Position numbers and translations under genes: made by a program. From contig OZ336877.1 in the NCBI GenBank assembly GCA_965287045.1, forward strand, positions 30,008,001 through 30,072,000: 64,000 bases of DNA, read 5' to 3'. Under the pieces are notes generated by a model. That model was not told the DNA's origin, did no database searches, and saw only the letters and a program-made list of their open reading frames with translations. The DNA comes from Carcharhinus amblyrhynchos (lineage: Eukaryota). Below, piece by piece: positions 24,094 through 37,082 of this stretch (position 1 is its first letter; every line of letters begins with the position of its first letter).

Positions 24094-25044
24094 TTTTTCC
24101 TCTGTTAAGTGTGAGCTGCACTTAAGCGAATGGTACAATCTTCAGCCTTTCTCGCAAAGAAAAGAGGGAAGTTGAGCAGACTGTTAAAGGCAAAGAAACA
24201 TGGCCCTGTTCTCACTATCAGATAGTTCCAATGTTTGTTTCCTATTCTGTCAGACTTTAGAAGCAGCAGATATCTTGGATCCATTGAAATTATGTTTGGA
24301 TCTTTGTTCAAAGACAAAAATGTAATTATCAAGCTCAGTAATAATGGTTGCTGCAGTACATTTGAGTACATCTGTGTAAAGTATTCAAAATAACAATCTT
24401 TCAATGCACCACAATAAATTGATTTTGACAAGAATATTGAAAAAATTGCCCTTTCAGACATCTGGGGTCTAATACTTAATTGCAGGTGGGGCTGGCAACA
24501 TAGAAGATAGGAGCAGGAGGGGGCCATTTGGCCTTTCGAGCCTGCTCCGCCATTCATCATGATCATGGCCAACTCAATAGCCTAATCCTGCTTTCTCCCC
24601 ATAACCTTTGACCCCATCGCCCCAATGAGGGTCAGCTTAATTTAAAAACCACATTTTCGGAAGGTGACTCTGAACACATTCCAAATTTTCAAAGGAAGAG
24701 CTGGGATGGGGAATCCACTTGCTCTAGTTAATGGCCCATTATGTCCCCTGAGGAGCTTGTTAATGCCAGGGAGGCCAAAACTGAACTTTCCATTTGGAAT
24801 CCGGGGAACTCAAGGAGTGTGGTGCAATATGGGGAAAAGTAGAAGTTTTTTTACTGTAGCGAGAAGTCTTGGGATCTACCCAGTCAGGCACATTACCTCA
24901 CATTTGCCTTTCTGGTATTTTTGTGTGCATTGAGGCTAACTGCTCTCTTTAGCAGGGCACAACAGACCCCAAAATGGCTGGCATTTGCTGTCCATCTTGC
25001 CCACTCACGCTTTGCAGACAGCTCTCGCCTCCTGATTAATCTTT

Positions 25045-25405
25045 TTTCATTCATTGATGGGACACGGGTGTCGCTGGCTGGCCAGCATTTATTGCCCATC
25101 CCTAACTGCTCTTGGAGGGTGGTTGAAAGTCAACCACATTGCTGTGGCTCTGGAGTCACATGTAGGTCAGACCAGGTAAGGACAGCAGATTTGCTTCTCT
25201 AAAGGACATTAGTGAACCAGATGAGTTTTTCCAACAATCGACAATGGATATATGGTCATCAGTAGATCCTTAATTCCAGATTTTTTTATTGAATTCAAAT
25301 CCCACCATCTGCCATGGCTGGATTCAGACTTGGGTCTCCAGAACATTAGTTGAGATTTTGGATTAATAGTCTAGTGATAATACCACCAGACCATCGCCTC
25401 CCCTG
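25045..25405 (-). mobile_element. tRNA-derived SINE, second family (also 28340-29135 interrupted, and 31910-32265)
   Basis: Minus-strand head GGGGAGGCGATGGTCTGGTGGTATTATCACTAGACT; tail GGGCAATAAATGCTGGCC resembles the 3' end of the LINE at 60040-61215. Confidence 0.75.
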
Positions 25406-25859
25406 GACTGGGCCCTGAGCTTGCCTCTGGCCCAATTTGGACATTTACTTTTCAAAATATCCTTGTGTGAGTGATGTAGTTTCAGCGCTCAGTTGGGACT
25501 TGGAAGTTATCCAAGTTCCTGATCCTGCTTTCAAAATACAGCTCCCGAATAAATTTTGGAACAATCAGGAAGAACAGGGTGTCTTAACTGAATCCCATTA
25601 TTGTCAACCTAAGGATTCGTTTTCCGAGTAGGCTTAAATATAGAGAGATAACAGCAATGAGCTCCCTGAGTTCTCCAGCCTGACTAAGCAGAGCATAGGT
25701 CCCTCTCACTAAAGGAGAAAATAATTGTGTCCAACTACCTTCCCGCAATTCATGGTTGTGACACAAATTGGCCCACAGGGCAGTGAAAGGAGGTTGTCTC
25801 CCAAGGCATTCTGAAGGATGAAGGAAAAGTAGAGTGCAGAGAGGAGACAGGGTGGGTCA

Positions 25860-26110
25860 GGGTAGGTCAGTCATCTTTTTGCAGCATTGCAACCCCATCC
25901 TCTTGTGGAGGATGCTGCACTCATCAGTGCTGATACTCGCCAGCGCTGACATTCATCAGTGCTGGCACCGTTTCCCAGGCAAGTTTGTTACCTTGTTTGT
26001 CTCCTGCCAGCCTGAGGGTAGATTGTTCCCCTCTCCTCTCCTCCACCAGCATTCTGGTTAGGGTCCCCTCGGTGAATTGTGGAGCCGGTTTCCTCACTGC
26101 CAACCTCCTG
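25860..26110 (-). pseudogene. Harbinger Myb/SANT-like DNA-binding gene remnant
   Basis: RKPAPQFTEGTL..MLVEERR...AWETV and, after a frameshift, KRMGLQCCKKMTDL. Confidence 0.65.
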
Positions 26111-26260
26111 GAATGAAGGAGAGCGAGTGCTGTGGAGACATTTAAACGCAGCGACCCCTCATTTGAAGTGCTCACATGATCTTAGGATGGACAAATCAGA
26201 TGTTTCACGCTACAGGCGTGGTAATTTTCACACGGGGAAATGATTTTTCAGTATGTCTAA

Positions 26261-27658
26261 GGGCCAGAATTTACCATTCAGAGGCTAAGTACCGGATCGG
26301 GATGTAAAACGGATCCAAGCCCGAAATCCCCGTTCCAGCACACCCATACACTTTTTGCCGGTTCGAGTCCAATTTGTGCTGTGGGGCGGGACTTAGTGCT
26401 GCCAGAACGATCGGAGTTCAGAACTATGCATGTGCAGTTCGAAAAAAAAATTGAAACAGCGCGCCTAGGTGTGAAAGACAAAACAGAGAGCTGGGGGTGG
26501 GGCAATGGGGGGAGGATGAGCCGCAATCGGACCCCCCTCGGGAGGCAGGCCCACCCTGGCAACACCGCCCCGATCAGACCCCTCCTGGGAGGCAGCCCCT
26601 CCCCCCCACCCCAGGAGGTAACCCTCTGGCAGACCCACCCCCAGGAGACAGGGTCCACCCCCCGCAAACAGATCGCCCCACCCTCCCACCCCCTGGTCAG
26701 ACCCTCCCTCCGGGAGGCAGACGCCCCCCTCAACAGAGCACATCCCCAACCTGCCTCGATTGCTGCTGTCCCTCCGCTATCCTTCTGACTCACACTCGTT
26801 GATGTGGAGATGCCAGCATTGGATTGGGGTGAACACAGTAAGAGGTCTCACAACACCAGGTTAAAGTCCTGTTGGAAAGTCTTGTTGGAGTTTAACCTGG
26901 TGTTGTGAGACTTCTTACTGCACTCATTGGACAACCCGCAGCATCTTCCTGGCCTTCCACTGGCGTCTGCCAGAGGAGGAGGGGGGGGGGTCGGGCTCAG
27001 ATGGATCTCTGGGTGGGGGGATGGTGGAGGGTGTTGGAACCTGGTGTTGTGAGACTTCCTACTGTATTTACCCCAGTCCAACACTGGCATCTCCACATCG
27101 AGTGTGGGTCAGAAGGACGGTGGAGGGACAGAGGCAATCGAGGCAGGTTGGGGGTGTGCTCTGCCAAGGGGGGGCCTCCCTCCCAGGGGGGGGGTCCGTT
27201 TGCAGGGGGAAGGTCTGCCGGGGGGAGGGGGTTCTGCCTCCCAGGGGGTTCGGATCGTGGTGGGGGGGCAGGTCTGCCGGGGTGGTTAGCAGGGGGTCTG
27301 CGGAGGGTGTTTGAGGAGGATGGGTTTCAGGGGTTCCCCTGCAGAACAGGAATCTGATTCGGATTTTTATTCTGCAGGTTGGTAACAGCACGGATCTGAA
27401 ACGGATCCAGAGACGGTAAAGTGGGATTTGGCGTTAGAGTTGGGCACGCGGTTCATTATATCGATTTAAATACATGCTAATACATTTAAATCGTCGCACT
27501 GCCCAGTTGGGGCGCAGATTGGACCCGCGCCCAAATCGGGTGTCAGTATAGGCGTGATCTGCCCAGTTTCGCACGCAGATCGCGTTGCAGGCCCGCGCCC
27601 GAATTTACCACGATTTTGCACCTGAAAACAGGTGTGAATTTTTGGTAACATTTGGCCC
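26261..27658. mobile_element. Non-autonomous PIF/Harbinger element with internal fold-back, nested in an older Harbinger
   Basis: TIRs GGGCCAGAATTTACCA / TGGTAACATTTGGCCC (13/16); TAA on both sides (26258-26260, 27659-27661); CpG-rich. Confidence 0.8.
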
Positions 27659-28675
27659 TAAAAGTCCAGATTGCTGGTAGGAATTGTTCCGGTTTTCGCA
27701 CCAAGACTCACACTTGGCCAAATTCTGGGAAAATTCAGCCAATGTTATTACCCAGACCTGATAGGGGAGTAGGGCAAAATCAGAGGAAGATTTATAGGAT
27801 TGGATCGTAGGATTTGTACATCATTGGATAGATGTATAGTTACTGAAGGCTGGTTTACTTTGACCTCCTGTTTCAAAGCCATTTGCAAAATGCACTCCGA
27901 TTCTTTAGAAAAGTATATTTCTGTTGCTCTTTGTCAACATTTGAAAAGTCCATTATCAGCCAATCTTTATCCGGTTCACCCAGAACACCTTTTGTCCTGT
28001 TTGAAAGGTTAAAGATTTTAAATCACTGGCCATTTGTTCTGACAACAGATTATTTGAATCTGCTGGAAGTCAAAAAGATTGAGGGGGAGTTCTTTGTGTC
28101 TACTTCCCAGTCTGGCCTTGTGACATTCACCCAGTTCCACAATGAACAGTGACAAAGGTCAGATTGTACATTTATACTGTCTATTTAGCAAGGGGGACAG
28201 TCATGTTCTATTTACTATTCTTCAAAGTTTCTAACAACTGTAGTGAACAAGATAGTAAGTGACAAACTGAAACAGATTAGTGTCAAACCACTGTGTAAAT
28301 ATATATGTCCAGAATGGACTAAGGAATTAGTCCTATTTTATTTATTTTACGGGATGTGAACATCGCTGCCTGGGCCAGTGTTTATCCTTAATTGTCCTCA
28401 ATTTCAGAGGGCAGTTGAGAGTTAACCTCTTGGTGTGTGTCTGGAATCACATGTAGGCCAAGTAAGGACAGCAGATTTCCCTCCCTAAGGGCATTAGTGA
28501 ACCAGATGGGTTTTTCCAACAATCAACAATGGGTTCAATGTCATCATTAGATGATTTCCCACAGGGGGTTTTGAGACCCGGCCCCCTCCCTCATACAGGA
28601 CAAATACCACAACACTGTGTGAAGGACTTGCATTCCACAGGCAGCCTAAAGAGAGGCCTGCCTGCTAGCCAAACA

Positions 28676-29011
28676 GGGCAGCACAGTAGCACAGTGGTTA
28701 GCACTGCTGCTTCACAGCTTCAGGGACCTGGGTTCAACTCCCAGCTTGGGTCACTGTCTGTGTGGAGTTTGCACATTCTCCCCGTGTCTGTGTGGGTTTC
28801 CTCCGGGTGCTCCGGTTTCCTCCCACAGTCCAAAGATGTGTGGGTTAGGTTAATTGGACATGCTAAAATCGCCCCTTAGTGTCCTGAGATGCTTAGGTTA
28901 GAGGGATTAGCGGGTAAACGATGTAGGGGTAGAGCCTGGGTGGGATTGTGGTTGGTGCAGACTCGATGGGCCGAAGGGCTAGTTTCTGCACTGTAGGGTT
29001 CTATGATTCTA
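28676..29011 (+). mobile_element. HE1-like V-SINE, full length
   Basis: Head, V-domain, tail TTCTATGATTCT. Confidence 0.9.
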
Positions 29012-29139
29012 TTAGACTTTCCATTCCAGATTTTTATTGAATTCAAATTTTACCATCTCCTGTGGTAAGATTTGAATGCAGGTTCCAAACCTTGCTGTGG
29101 AATACTAGTCCAGTGACAATGCCACTGCGCCACTGTCAT

Positions 29140-29595
29140 CATGTCATTCAGTGCAGAAAAGGAGTCTGCAAAAACAATATCTACCACTAAAGGTATGCTA
29201 ATCCCATTTTCCTGCACTTGTCCCATATCCTTGAATATTATGGCATTTCAAGTGCTCACTCAAATATTTTTTAAAGGTTGTAAGGTTTCCAGCCTCAGCT
29301 ACCTTCCCAGGCAGCAGATTCCAGATTCCCACCACTCTCTGTGTGAAAAGGTTTTTCTCAAACCCCCTCTAAATCTCCTAACCCCTTACCCTAAAACTAT
29401 GCCCCCTCGTGATTGATCCATCAACCACGGGGAACAGCAGTTCCCTACTCACCCTGTCCATAGTCCTCATGATCTTACACACCTCAATCATGTCCCCTCT
29501 CAGCCGTCTCTGCTCTAAAGAAAACAATCTCTAATCTAATCTCTCCTTATAGCTCAAATGTTCCATCTCAGGCAACATCCTGGCGAACCTCCTGC
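29140..29595 (-). mobile_element. CR1 LINE 3' fragment
   Basis: Reverse complement of TTGTTTTCTTTAGAGCAGAGACGGCTGAGAGGGGACATGATTGAGGTGTGTAAGATC. Confidence 0.8.
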
Positions 29596-30020
29596 AAATT
29601 CAAGGAATGCGTATTTTAGAAATAACGTTGATCTCATAATGCAAGATGCAAAGAATATAATTAAAGGTATGCTTTTCTTAGATATTGTACAATAACTGAA
29701 CAATGATTTGGGTGATTATTTTGACCTTGTTTCTGGAATTTTACATCAGCGATGCAATGTCTCTGGAGCTATTTATCAGTTCCGCCTTGTTGCATGAAGC
29801 AGTTACAGACTGAAATCTGACAGTCGCAGGAGTCAGATTAACAGCTTTAGTTTGGTGAACAAGGGCAGAAACTGGGGTACACTCCATCGCTGCCCCTCTC
29901 TATATGGCTTTAAAAATTTTGCCACCAGTGGGGTTGATCACTTTATTCTCCTTCCGTGACTCTGGAGCTTGAGACCAGGCAGGGAATCTGCTTCCGGGAG
30001 TTCTGCTACATTGATTATTA

Positions 30021-30980
30021 TGTTACGAAGCAGGGTATAATCTTCTCGCTGAGAACTAACATTCAGCCACTCAAAGCTAAGTACCTCCTTTTCACAATCT
30101 TTTATAAAGTGTGTGAGAAATGCTACAATCTGCCTCCAGCAATTTTTAGTGATTAAATCAAAAAATAACTACCTGGGACTCTCTCTTTAAAAGAAACGAA
30201 TAACACTTTATCTAACCAATGGTGAACGGGTTAACCAGACTATTAACAAACTGAATCAAATACTATTCTAATGGAATGCTCTTTAGATAATTACAATTCC
30301 CACTTACTAACAAACAATAAAATAGAGTTTCTTAGTCACTCTCAAATGTCAATCAGGTTTGTAGTCTTCCGGAATCTTCTATCTTCTATGCTTCTGTTCT
30401 TGTGTCGTTCTGAGATGAAATGAGATCTTAAGCCATAAGATGTGGATTTTACATTGGCTGAGAGTTGTCTGTGTCTCTCTGCCTAGCTGTTAGCTCTGGC
30501 AGGCTGCTGGCAGGCGGTCTTCTTGTGGCATCGGGTCCTTTGGAGCTGGGAGCAGTGGCATTTACACCCCTGATGACGCAGCAAAATTTGCACAATAGGA
30601 TTGGTTTACAGGTTATCAAAATACCAGAATTCAAATCTGATAGGCTGATGTGATTCAAATGCTTATTTTAAATTGCTTGGTTAATATTCAAAAACATGTT
30701 TTGATTCAAATGCTAAAGCCTGCTACCACAGCAACCCTGTTGTTTTGCCTCTCTGTACAACGTTTCAATCTGCACTAGATTCTTGTACCTGCAGCAACCC
30801 AACATACAGACAAATAAATCATCTTTCAAACAAATAATTTTTACTGTTCTTAGCATTTTACCCATATTTATGTTTATAATTTTACAATCACTAACTTCAC
30901 AACGGTTACTCCTAAAAATTCTCCTCAGGAGGAATCCTGACTATTTATTTTAAAAAGCTCTTACGTTTCCTCTGTGAGAA
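30021..30980. mobile_element. Second solo LTR of the 4647-5577 family (right end uncertain)
   Basis: TGTTACGAAG start; shared blocks GAGAACTAAC, TTCTAATGGAATGCT, CACAATAGGATTGGTT. Confidence 0.7.
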
Positions 30981-32369
30981 CAATGTTGACTTTCCTTCCT
31001 CTGAGATTCGTGAGATTCTTAAATGAATATTGAGAAAGGAGCCCAGGCAAGATTAGGCTATTCAACCCTGTGAGTCTGCTTTGCCATCCAATTAGATGAT
31101 AGCTGGTGAGCATCTCACAGCCATTTATTCACCTTTGCTCCATATCTCTTCAGACCCTGACAAGAGATCCGATAGAACTCTGTTACCTTACACTGTACCA
31201 CGTTGAGGACAATAATATTCTTGAGGTGAGGTGCTGAATGAATGCACAAACCACATCACTGCGCTAATGAAATGCAATGCCTGGATAACTGAATTGTTTC
31301 AGTTGTGTTCTCACAATAACTGTAGAGGAAATGGACAGATATTCACATTCATGCCAAAAGCTTTATTGCAATGCTAAATTGACTTGGAATTAAAAATCTC
31401 ACATGAAAACACAAAATTAAGTGATTTCACAGCCCAGCCGTTGGTAAGGATGATACACAATGTTAGTTGAACAGCCATTTAATTGAGTTCAATCAGCTAA
31501 AGGGTGGAATACAATTTAATTTCTTATTTCTTTTGCTTCATTAGTTCTCTCCGGTTAAAGTAATTTGAGAGCATCACAGCCTCAGCTGGTTCCAATTTAA
31601 TAATGTTGAGTTCAAAAGGACAATACCACAGCAGTGAGATATTCTGCATGCTTTGAAAATTTATCCACTATTTCCGTTCCCGCACCCCCTGCCGGCATCT
31701 ATTGTGGCAGCAGAGGCAGCCTGCCAATGGCCAGCTGTGACATCTTCCAGTCCCGCCGCTGTCAGCGGAGTTTCCCATTGTTGGCACTCTCTGGCGCTGA
31801 GGAATCTGGAGGGGAGGAGGGGTCCCTTTCAGCGATACCAAAAGATTCTGCCTGCAGAAAGGACTGGAAAATCCCACTCACACACTTAGTTAACTCCAAG
31901 CATGATTTCTTTTTATTCTTTCGTGAGACATGGGCATCGCTGGCTGGCCAGCATTAATTGCCCATCCCTAATTGCCCGAGGGCAACTGAGAGTCAACCAC
32001 AATGCTGTGGCTCTGGAGTCATCCGTTGGCCAAACCAGATAAGGACAGCAGATTTCCTTCCCTAAAGGACATCAGTGAACCAGATGGGTTTTTTCCAACA
32101 ATCGACAATGCATTCATGATCATTTGTAGATTCTTACTTCCAAGATTTTTAATTATTGAATTCAAATTCCACCATCTGCGGTGGCGGTTTTCAAACCCAG
32201 GTCCCCAGAATATTAGCTGAGTTCCTCAATTAACAGTCCAGCGATAATACCACTAGGCCATCACCTAGTGATTAATCTTAGAATAAAGATATGTCACCAT
32301 TTGGTTCAAATGTCTGTTTGGTTCGTATCCAGTGTGTGTCTTTAAGAGTCACCCATCTTTACTCATGGT

Positions 32370-32610
32370 TCATTATTCAAGAACAGCTTCTTCCCTGCAG
32401 CCATCAGACTTTTGAATGGACCTACCCTGCATTAAGTTCACCTTTCTCTACACCCTCGCTATGACTGAAACACCACAGTCTGCACTCTCACGTTTCCTTC
32501 TCTATAAATGGCATGCTTTATCTGCACAGTGCGCAAGAAACAATACTTTTCACTGTATACAAATACATGTGACAATAATAAATCAAATCAAATCAAAATT
32601 AAATCAAATC
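32370..32610 (+). mobile_element. Rex1/Babar-like LINE 3' end
   Basis: RFKNSFFP-type CAAGAACAGCTTCTTCCC; tail (AATCA)n. Confidence 0.7.
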
Positions 32611-32984
32611 AGTGTGAAAAGTTGCAGAAATTCCTCTGCATTTGACTGGCAGGCTTCAGTAAATCGGATATGAGTATCTTGGATACTCTCAGTTCCACAA
32701 CAAAGCACACTGATGGCTTCAGTTCTGATTCCATTAACTTTGTATTTTTGGGGGGGAACTTATATCAAGCCATCAGAGAATTGGCAGTTAATTGTTTGAT
32801 AATGCATGTTGATTAAAGCAAAATATTCTGGATATTGAAGATCCGAAATGAAGACAGAAAGTGCTGGGAAAAAAAACTCAGCAGGTCTGGCAGCAAGTGG
32901 AGAGAGAATCAGAGTTAGTGTTCCGTGTTCAAAATGACTCTTCTTTGGTCTCATACTCACTGTTGCATTCTTACCTTGGAGCCA

Positions 32985-33280
32985 GGTGGTTGCAACTCAA
33001 ATCACATACAAAGACTCATGCATGAAAATCAAGGCTGAGATTCCGGTCCTCCTGAGGGAATGCTGCACTGTTGGAGGTACTATCATTCACTTGAGACTTA
33101 CAGGCCCATCTCAGACGGATATTAAAGATCCCATGCACAATTTCAAACATAAACCGAGTGTTCTGGCCAAATTTTATTACAAACAACACATCAAAAATAT
33201 ACATGATCTGACCATTCTGTGCATGGTTGTTGCTACAGCACTGACTACACTTAATTAACTGGCTGTAAAGTATTTTGGAG
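32985..33280 (+). mobile_element. DeuSINE fragment
   Basis: CTGAGGGAATGCTGCACTGTTGGAGG...GGATATTAAAGATCCCATG. Confidence 0.65.
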
Positions 33281-34364
33281 GCGGTCATGTGGCACAGTGC
33301 AAATCGTCGCTGCCTCTGAGCCAGATGCCCTGAGTTCGAGTCCCACCCCAGAACTTAATGACTTAATGGCCAAGACTGGTGTACTCATAACACGGCCAAA
33401 CAGGTTGACTATCAACCTACAAATCCTTCCAAATACAAGCTGGCAATGGCAGGCAGTAGGAACAGAAGAGACTCCTGGTTAGCTACACATAGCATCATAA
33501 AGTCAGAAGGTTTACAGCACGGAAACCAGCCCTTCCGCCCAAATTGTCCATGCCACTCAGTTTTTACCACCAAGCTAGCTCCAATTCTTTGCATTTGGCC
33601 CATACCCCTCTATACCCATCTTACCCATAACAGTCGAAATGCTTTTTTAAAAGACAGGGGGATTAGTAGGGTAAATATGTGGGTTTGTGGGAATAGGGCC
33701 CGGGTGGGATTGTGGTCGGTGCAGACTTGATGGGCCGAATGGTCTCCTTCTGCACTGTAGGGACTCTATGGCTCTTCTTTGGAACACCTGATTCTTACAT
33801 TCTCCGAAAACAAAATGGAAATGAACATTTAAGTTTGATGTCTGCTGAAGTTTAGCTAAGAGAGCTGAGGCTGATCATTGAAGAGCAATGGACAAGCAGC
33901 AGCTGGAAGGGATGGATGATGGAAAAGCACACAGATATTGTCATCCTGCTCCCACTGACACATTCCCTCTCTGTTGCTGCCAGGGCTCTATTGCATATTC
34001 CAAAGCATCATGTGGGAGGGGACATGGCAGAATGCAATTCCTAGACAGGTTCGCCCACTTGCGCACTATTGTTTTGGGCAGGGTCATCTGCAGGTCAATT
34101 TATCTGATTCAGATTTATGAAGATTGTGGTCAGCAGTAGAACAGGAATGACTGATGACATTTACTGCTTGCTAGCCTGTCCAAAGAAAGCAAGCCACATA
34201 AAATAATTCCCCAGCAGTATAAGCACTCAGAGTGTGGAACCTAGGCTGACGTGCATTGCAGAGGTCTGTGTGGACAGTGGAACTATATACTCTACAATTA
34301 CTCTGGGTCACAGCCTGTAATCTTCTTCAGAGTCATGAGCCAAGGTCGGATTGGGCATTCTTTT

Positions 34365-34719
34365 CATAGAATCATAGAATCCCTCCAGTGCAGAAGAAAG
34401 CCATTCAGCCCATCAAGTTTGCACCAACTCTGACAGAGTAAATTACCTAGGCCCTCTCCCTCCCGTCCTATCCCCGTAACCCCATATATTTACCATGACA
34501 AATCCATCTCATCTACACACCTAGGGACACTAAGGTGCAATTTAGCATGGCCAATTCACCTAACCTGTACATCTCTGGAGTGTGGGAGGAAACCGGAGCA
34601 CCTTGAGTAAAGCTACGCAGACATGGGGAGAATGTGCAAACTCCACACAGACAGTGACCTGAGGCCGGAATTGAACCTGGGTCCCTGGCACTGTGAGACA
34701 CTGTGCCACTACGCTGCCC
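34365..34719 (-). mobile_element. HE1-like V-SINE
   Basis: Reverse complement of head, V-domain and CR1-type tail. Confidence 0.88.
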
Positions 34720-35847
34720 ACTTTTCATCTCCCAAAAGTCATTCCAGTACCATCCTCACTGGAAAACACTGTGGAAGTTAGGTTACAACAATTGTGAAAA
34801 TTAACATTCCATAATATAAAAAAAACTCTTGTCAAATAATGGAAAATGAATATTAGGCAAACACGGCCTTCAGTCAGGCCTTCAGTAAGACCAACACTGA
34901 CATATGCAGGACAAGTGAGTATATCTAAAACCTTGTTCCATAACACAGCATTCCAGGTCAGGACAGCAGGATGAAAACAAAGAATGAGTTACCATGGCGA
35001 TTACCAAATAGCAAGATATGGGGACATATTATGCTAATGAAGAATTGGTTTTCAATTGGATAAGAAAGGGCAAAAGGACTATGCTATGATTGGTGGATAT
35101 GCACGTCAATGAAAGATGTGAAAAATCTCTTGTTCCTGATTTGCTGTAATTGACTCTAACTGCTGTTTCTTTGCAACCTCAGAACTGCTCCGGTCATCCC
35201 GTCTTGGCCGTTGAGAGTTCTCTTTGTGCACAAGTAATTAAAGACTTTGCATTTGATGCATGGTGTCCAGCACTGTTTGTGTTAAGAGTTGACTGAGAGT
35301 GCTTTTGCATTGCTACTGCCCAAGAGAATGCTGACCACACAACTTCAGAGTGGCCGCTACCAGATTGCAGGCTAGATTTTGCTTGCACTAAATTCAAAAC
35401 GGAATCTCAATATTTGAAAGCCTTATGAGGTAATCCACTATAGGCTGCATAAAGAGGTTAAGATTTGGTTTATTTAAAAAAATGTTGAAAAATTGCAATA
35501 AATATTAATGATTAATTAATTATTAAAGATAAATGAAAATTTAATACTTTAATTTAATTTAAAATTTAATTTTAATACCTTAATTTAATTAAAAATTTAA
35601 TTTTATTTATGGTTGCTTTGGTAAATTTTGATTCTTCCCGACCTAAGGTGATTTTGTAAACTTTGTGCATCTTCCCACTCAGACAGCAGAGAGGGTTAAC
35701 TCCCAGGCTTCCCTATCTGACTGCTAAGAAGTGTCACCAGCTGCTCACATTTTCCCTCTCTTCCTGTGGGAAATCAACAAAAGAGTCACCCTTTGATTAG
35801 AAGAGTTGTTTGATTGTTTTCCATCCTGCTTTCCTGTTATGTATGGA

Positions 35848-35866
35848 TACCACCATCTAGTGGTCA
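35848..35866 (-). promoter_or_regulatory. Candidate CTCF site
   Basis: TGACCACTAGATGGTGGTA versus consensus TGGCCACCAGGGGGCGCTA. Confidence 0.4.
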
Positions 35867-35965
35867 CTTCAGGTTGCTGCTCATGGATGAGTTTTCCCAT
35901 CATTGTTCTGATAATGCAACCCATAAACCAGAGTTTTCATTTTGTCTCACTTCCTCCACAGCTGT

Positions 35966-36299
35966 GGGCGGCACGGTGGCACAGTGGTTAGCACTGCTGC
36001 CTCGCAGCCCCAGAGACCTGGGTTTGATTCCCAGCTTGGGTCACTGTCCGTGTGGAGTTTGCACGTTCTCTCCGTGTCTGCGTGAGTTTTCTCCGGGTGC
36101 TCCAGTTTCTCTCCCACACCCCAAAGAAGTGCAGGTTAGGTGCATTGGCCATGTTAAATTACCCCTTAGTGTCCTGGATGCATAGGTTAGAGGGATTAGC
36201 GAGGTAAATATATGGGGTTACCATATAGGGCCTAGATTGTTGTCAGTGCAGAGTCGATGGGCCGAATGGCTTCCTTCTGCACTGTCGGGATTCTATGAA
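35966..36299 (+). mobile_element. HE1-like V-SINE
   Basis: GGGCGGCACGGTGGCACAGTGGTTAGCACTGCTGCCTC head. Confidence 0.9.
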
Positions 36300-36530
36300 T
36301 TGCGGATTCCCTCCATTGTGGCTGACAGGGCCCTCAACTGTCCATTTGGTTCCCTGCGCAGTCCCCTCCCACTGCCACCTTCCAAAAACAACCCCACCAC
36401 CCTGTCATCATCCTCCACACCCCCAGAACTGTGATGTTCTTCCCTTGGTCCTCATCTTCCATTTCACCAGCCTTCCTCCACACTCACCACATCATTCTCC
36501 ACCATTTCTACCTCCTTCCAGTCCCTCTGA
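36300..36530 (+). mobile_element. Penelope-like element ORF remnant
   Basis: PSIVADRALN and PLVLIFHFTSL resemble the segment C-terminal to the PLE RT. Confidence 0.55.
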
Positions 36531-36544
36531 TGTCTACACTGTTT

Positions 36545-37082
36545 TGAACAAAGAACAAACAAAAATACAGCACAAGAACAGGCCCTTTGGCCCTCCAAGC
36601 TTATGCTGATCATGATGTCCGAACTAAACTAAAAAACCCTTCTACCCACACACAGTCTGTATTCCTCTATTCCCTCCCTATTCATATACCCATCCTGATG
36701 CCACTTGAGTGTTATTAATATGCCTGTTTCCACCACCTCCTCTGGCAGCGTATTCCAGATACCCACTATGCCCTGCATGAAGAACTCCACCCCACACATC
36801 TCCATTAAACTTTCCTCCTCACACCTTGAACCTGTGCCCCCTTATAATTGACACTTCCACCTTGGGAAAAAGCCTCTGACTATCCACCCGGTCTTTCCCT
36901 CTCATAATTTTGTAGATTTCTATCAGGTCTCCCCTCAGCCGCCATCGTTCCAGCCAACTTCCTCGAGACCAGGCAGCATCCTGGTGAACCTTCTTTGCAT
37001 TCTCTCCAAAACTTCCACATCCTTCTGGCGACCAGAACTGCACACAATACTCCAAATGTGGCCTGACTAAGGGTTTATATAG
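36545..37082 (-). mobile_element. CR1 LINE 3' fragment
   Basis: LYKPLVRPHLEYCVQFWSP; RLRGDLIEIYKIMRG. Confidence 0.88.

Noticed and set aside
24105-24572. 155-aa minus-strand ORF
   Set aside because: Starts inside a CR1 3'UTR; the remainder shows no recognisable homology or splice logic
26278-27391. Gly/Pro-rich ORFs on both strands
   Set aside because: Arise from the C-rich and G-rich arms of the fold-back element
4647-30980. Single provirus bounded by the two LTR copies
   Set aside because: Copies are clearly diverged, the first has its own TSD, and no gag/pol/env lies between them
35500-35610. AT-rich quasi-tandem run
   Set aside because: Low-complexity slippage sequence with no sign of function
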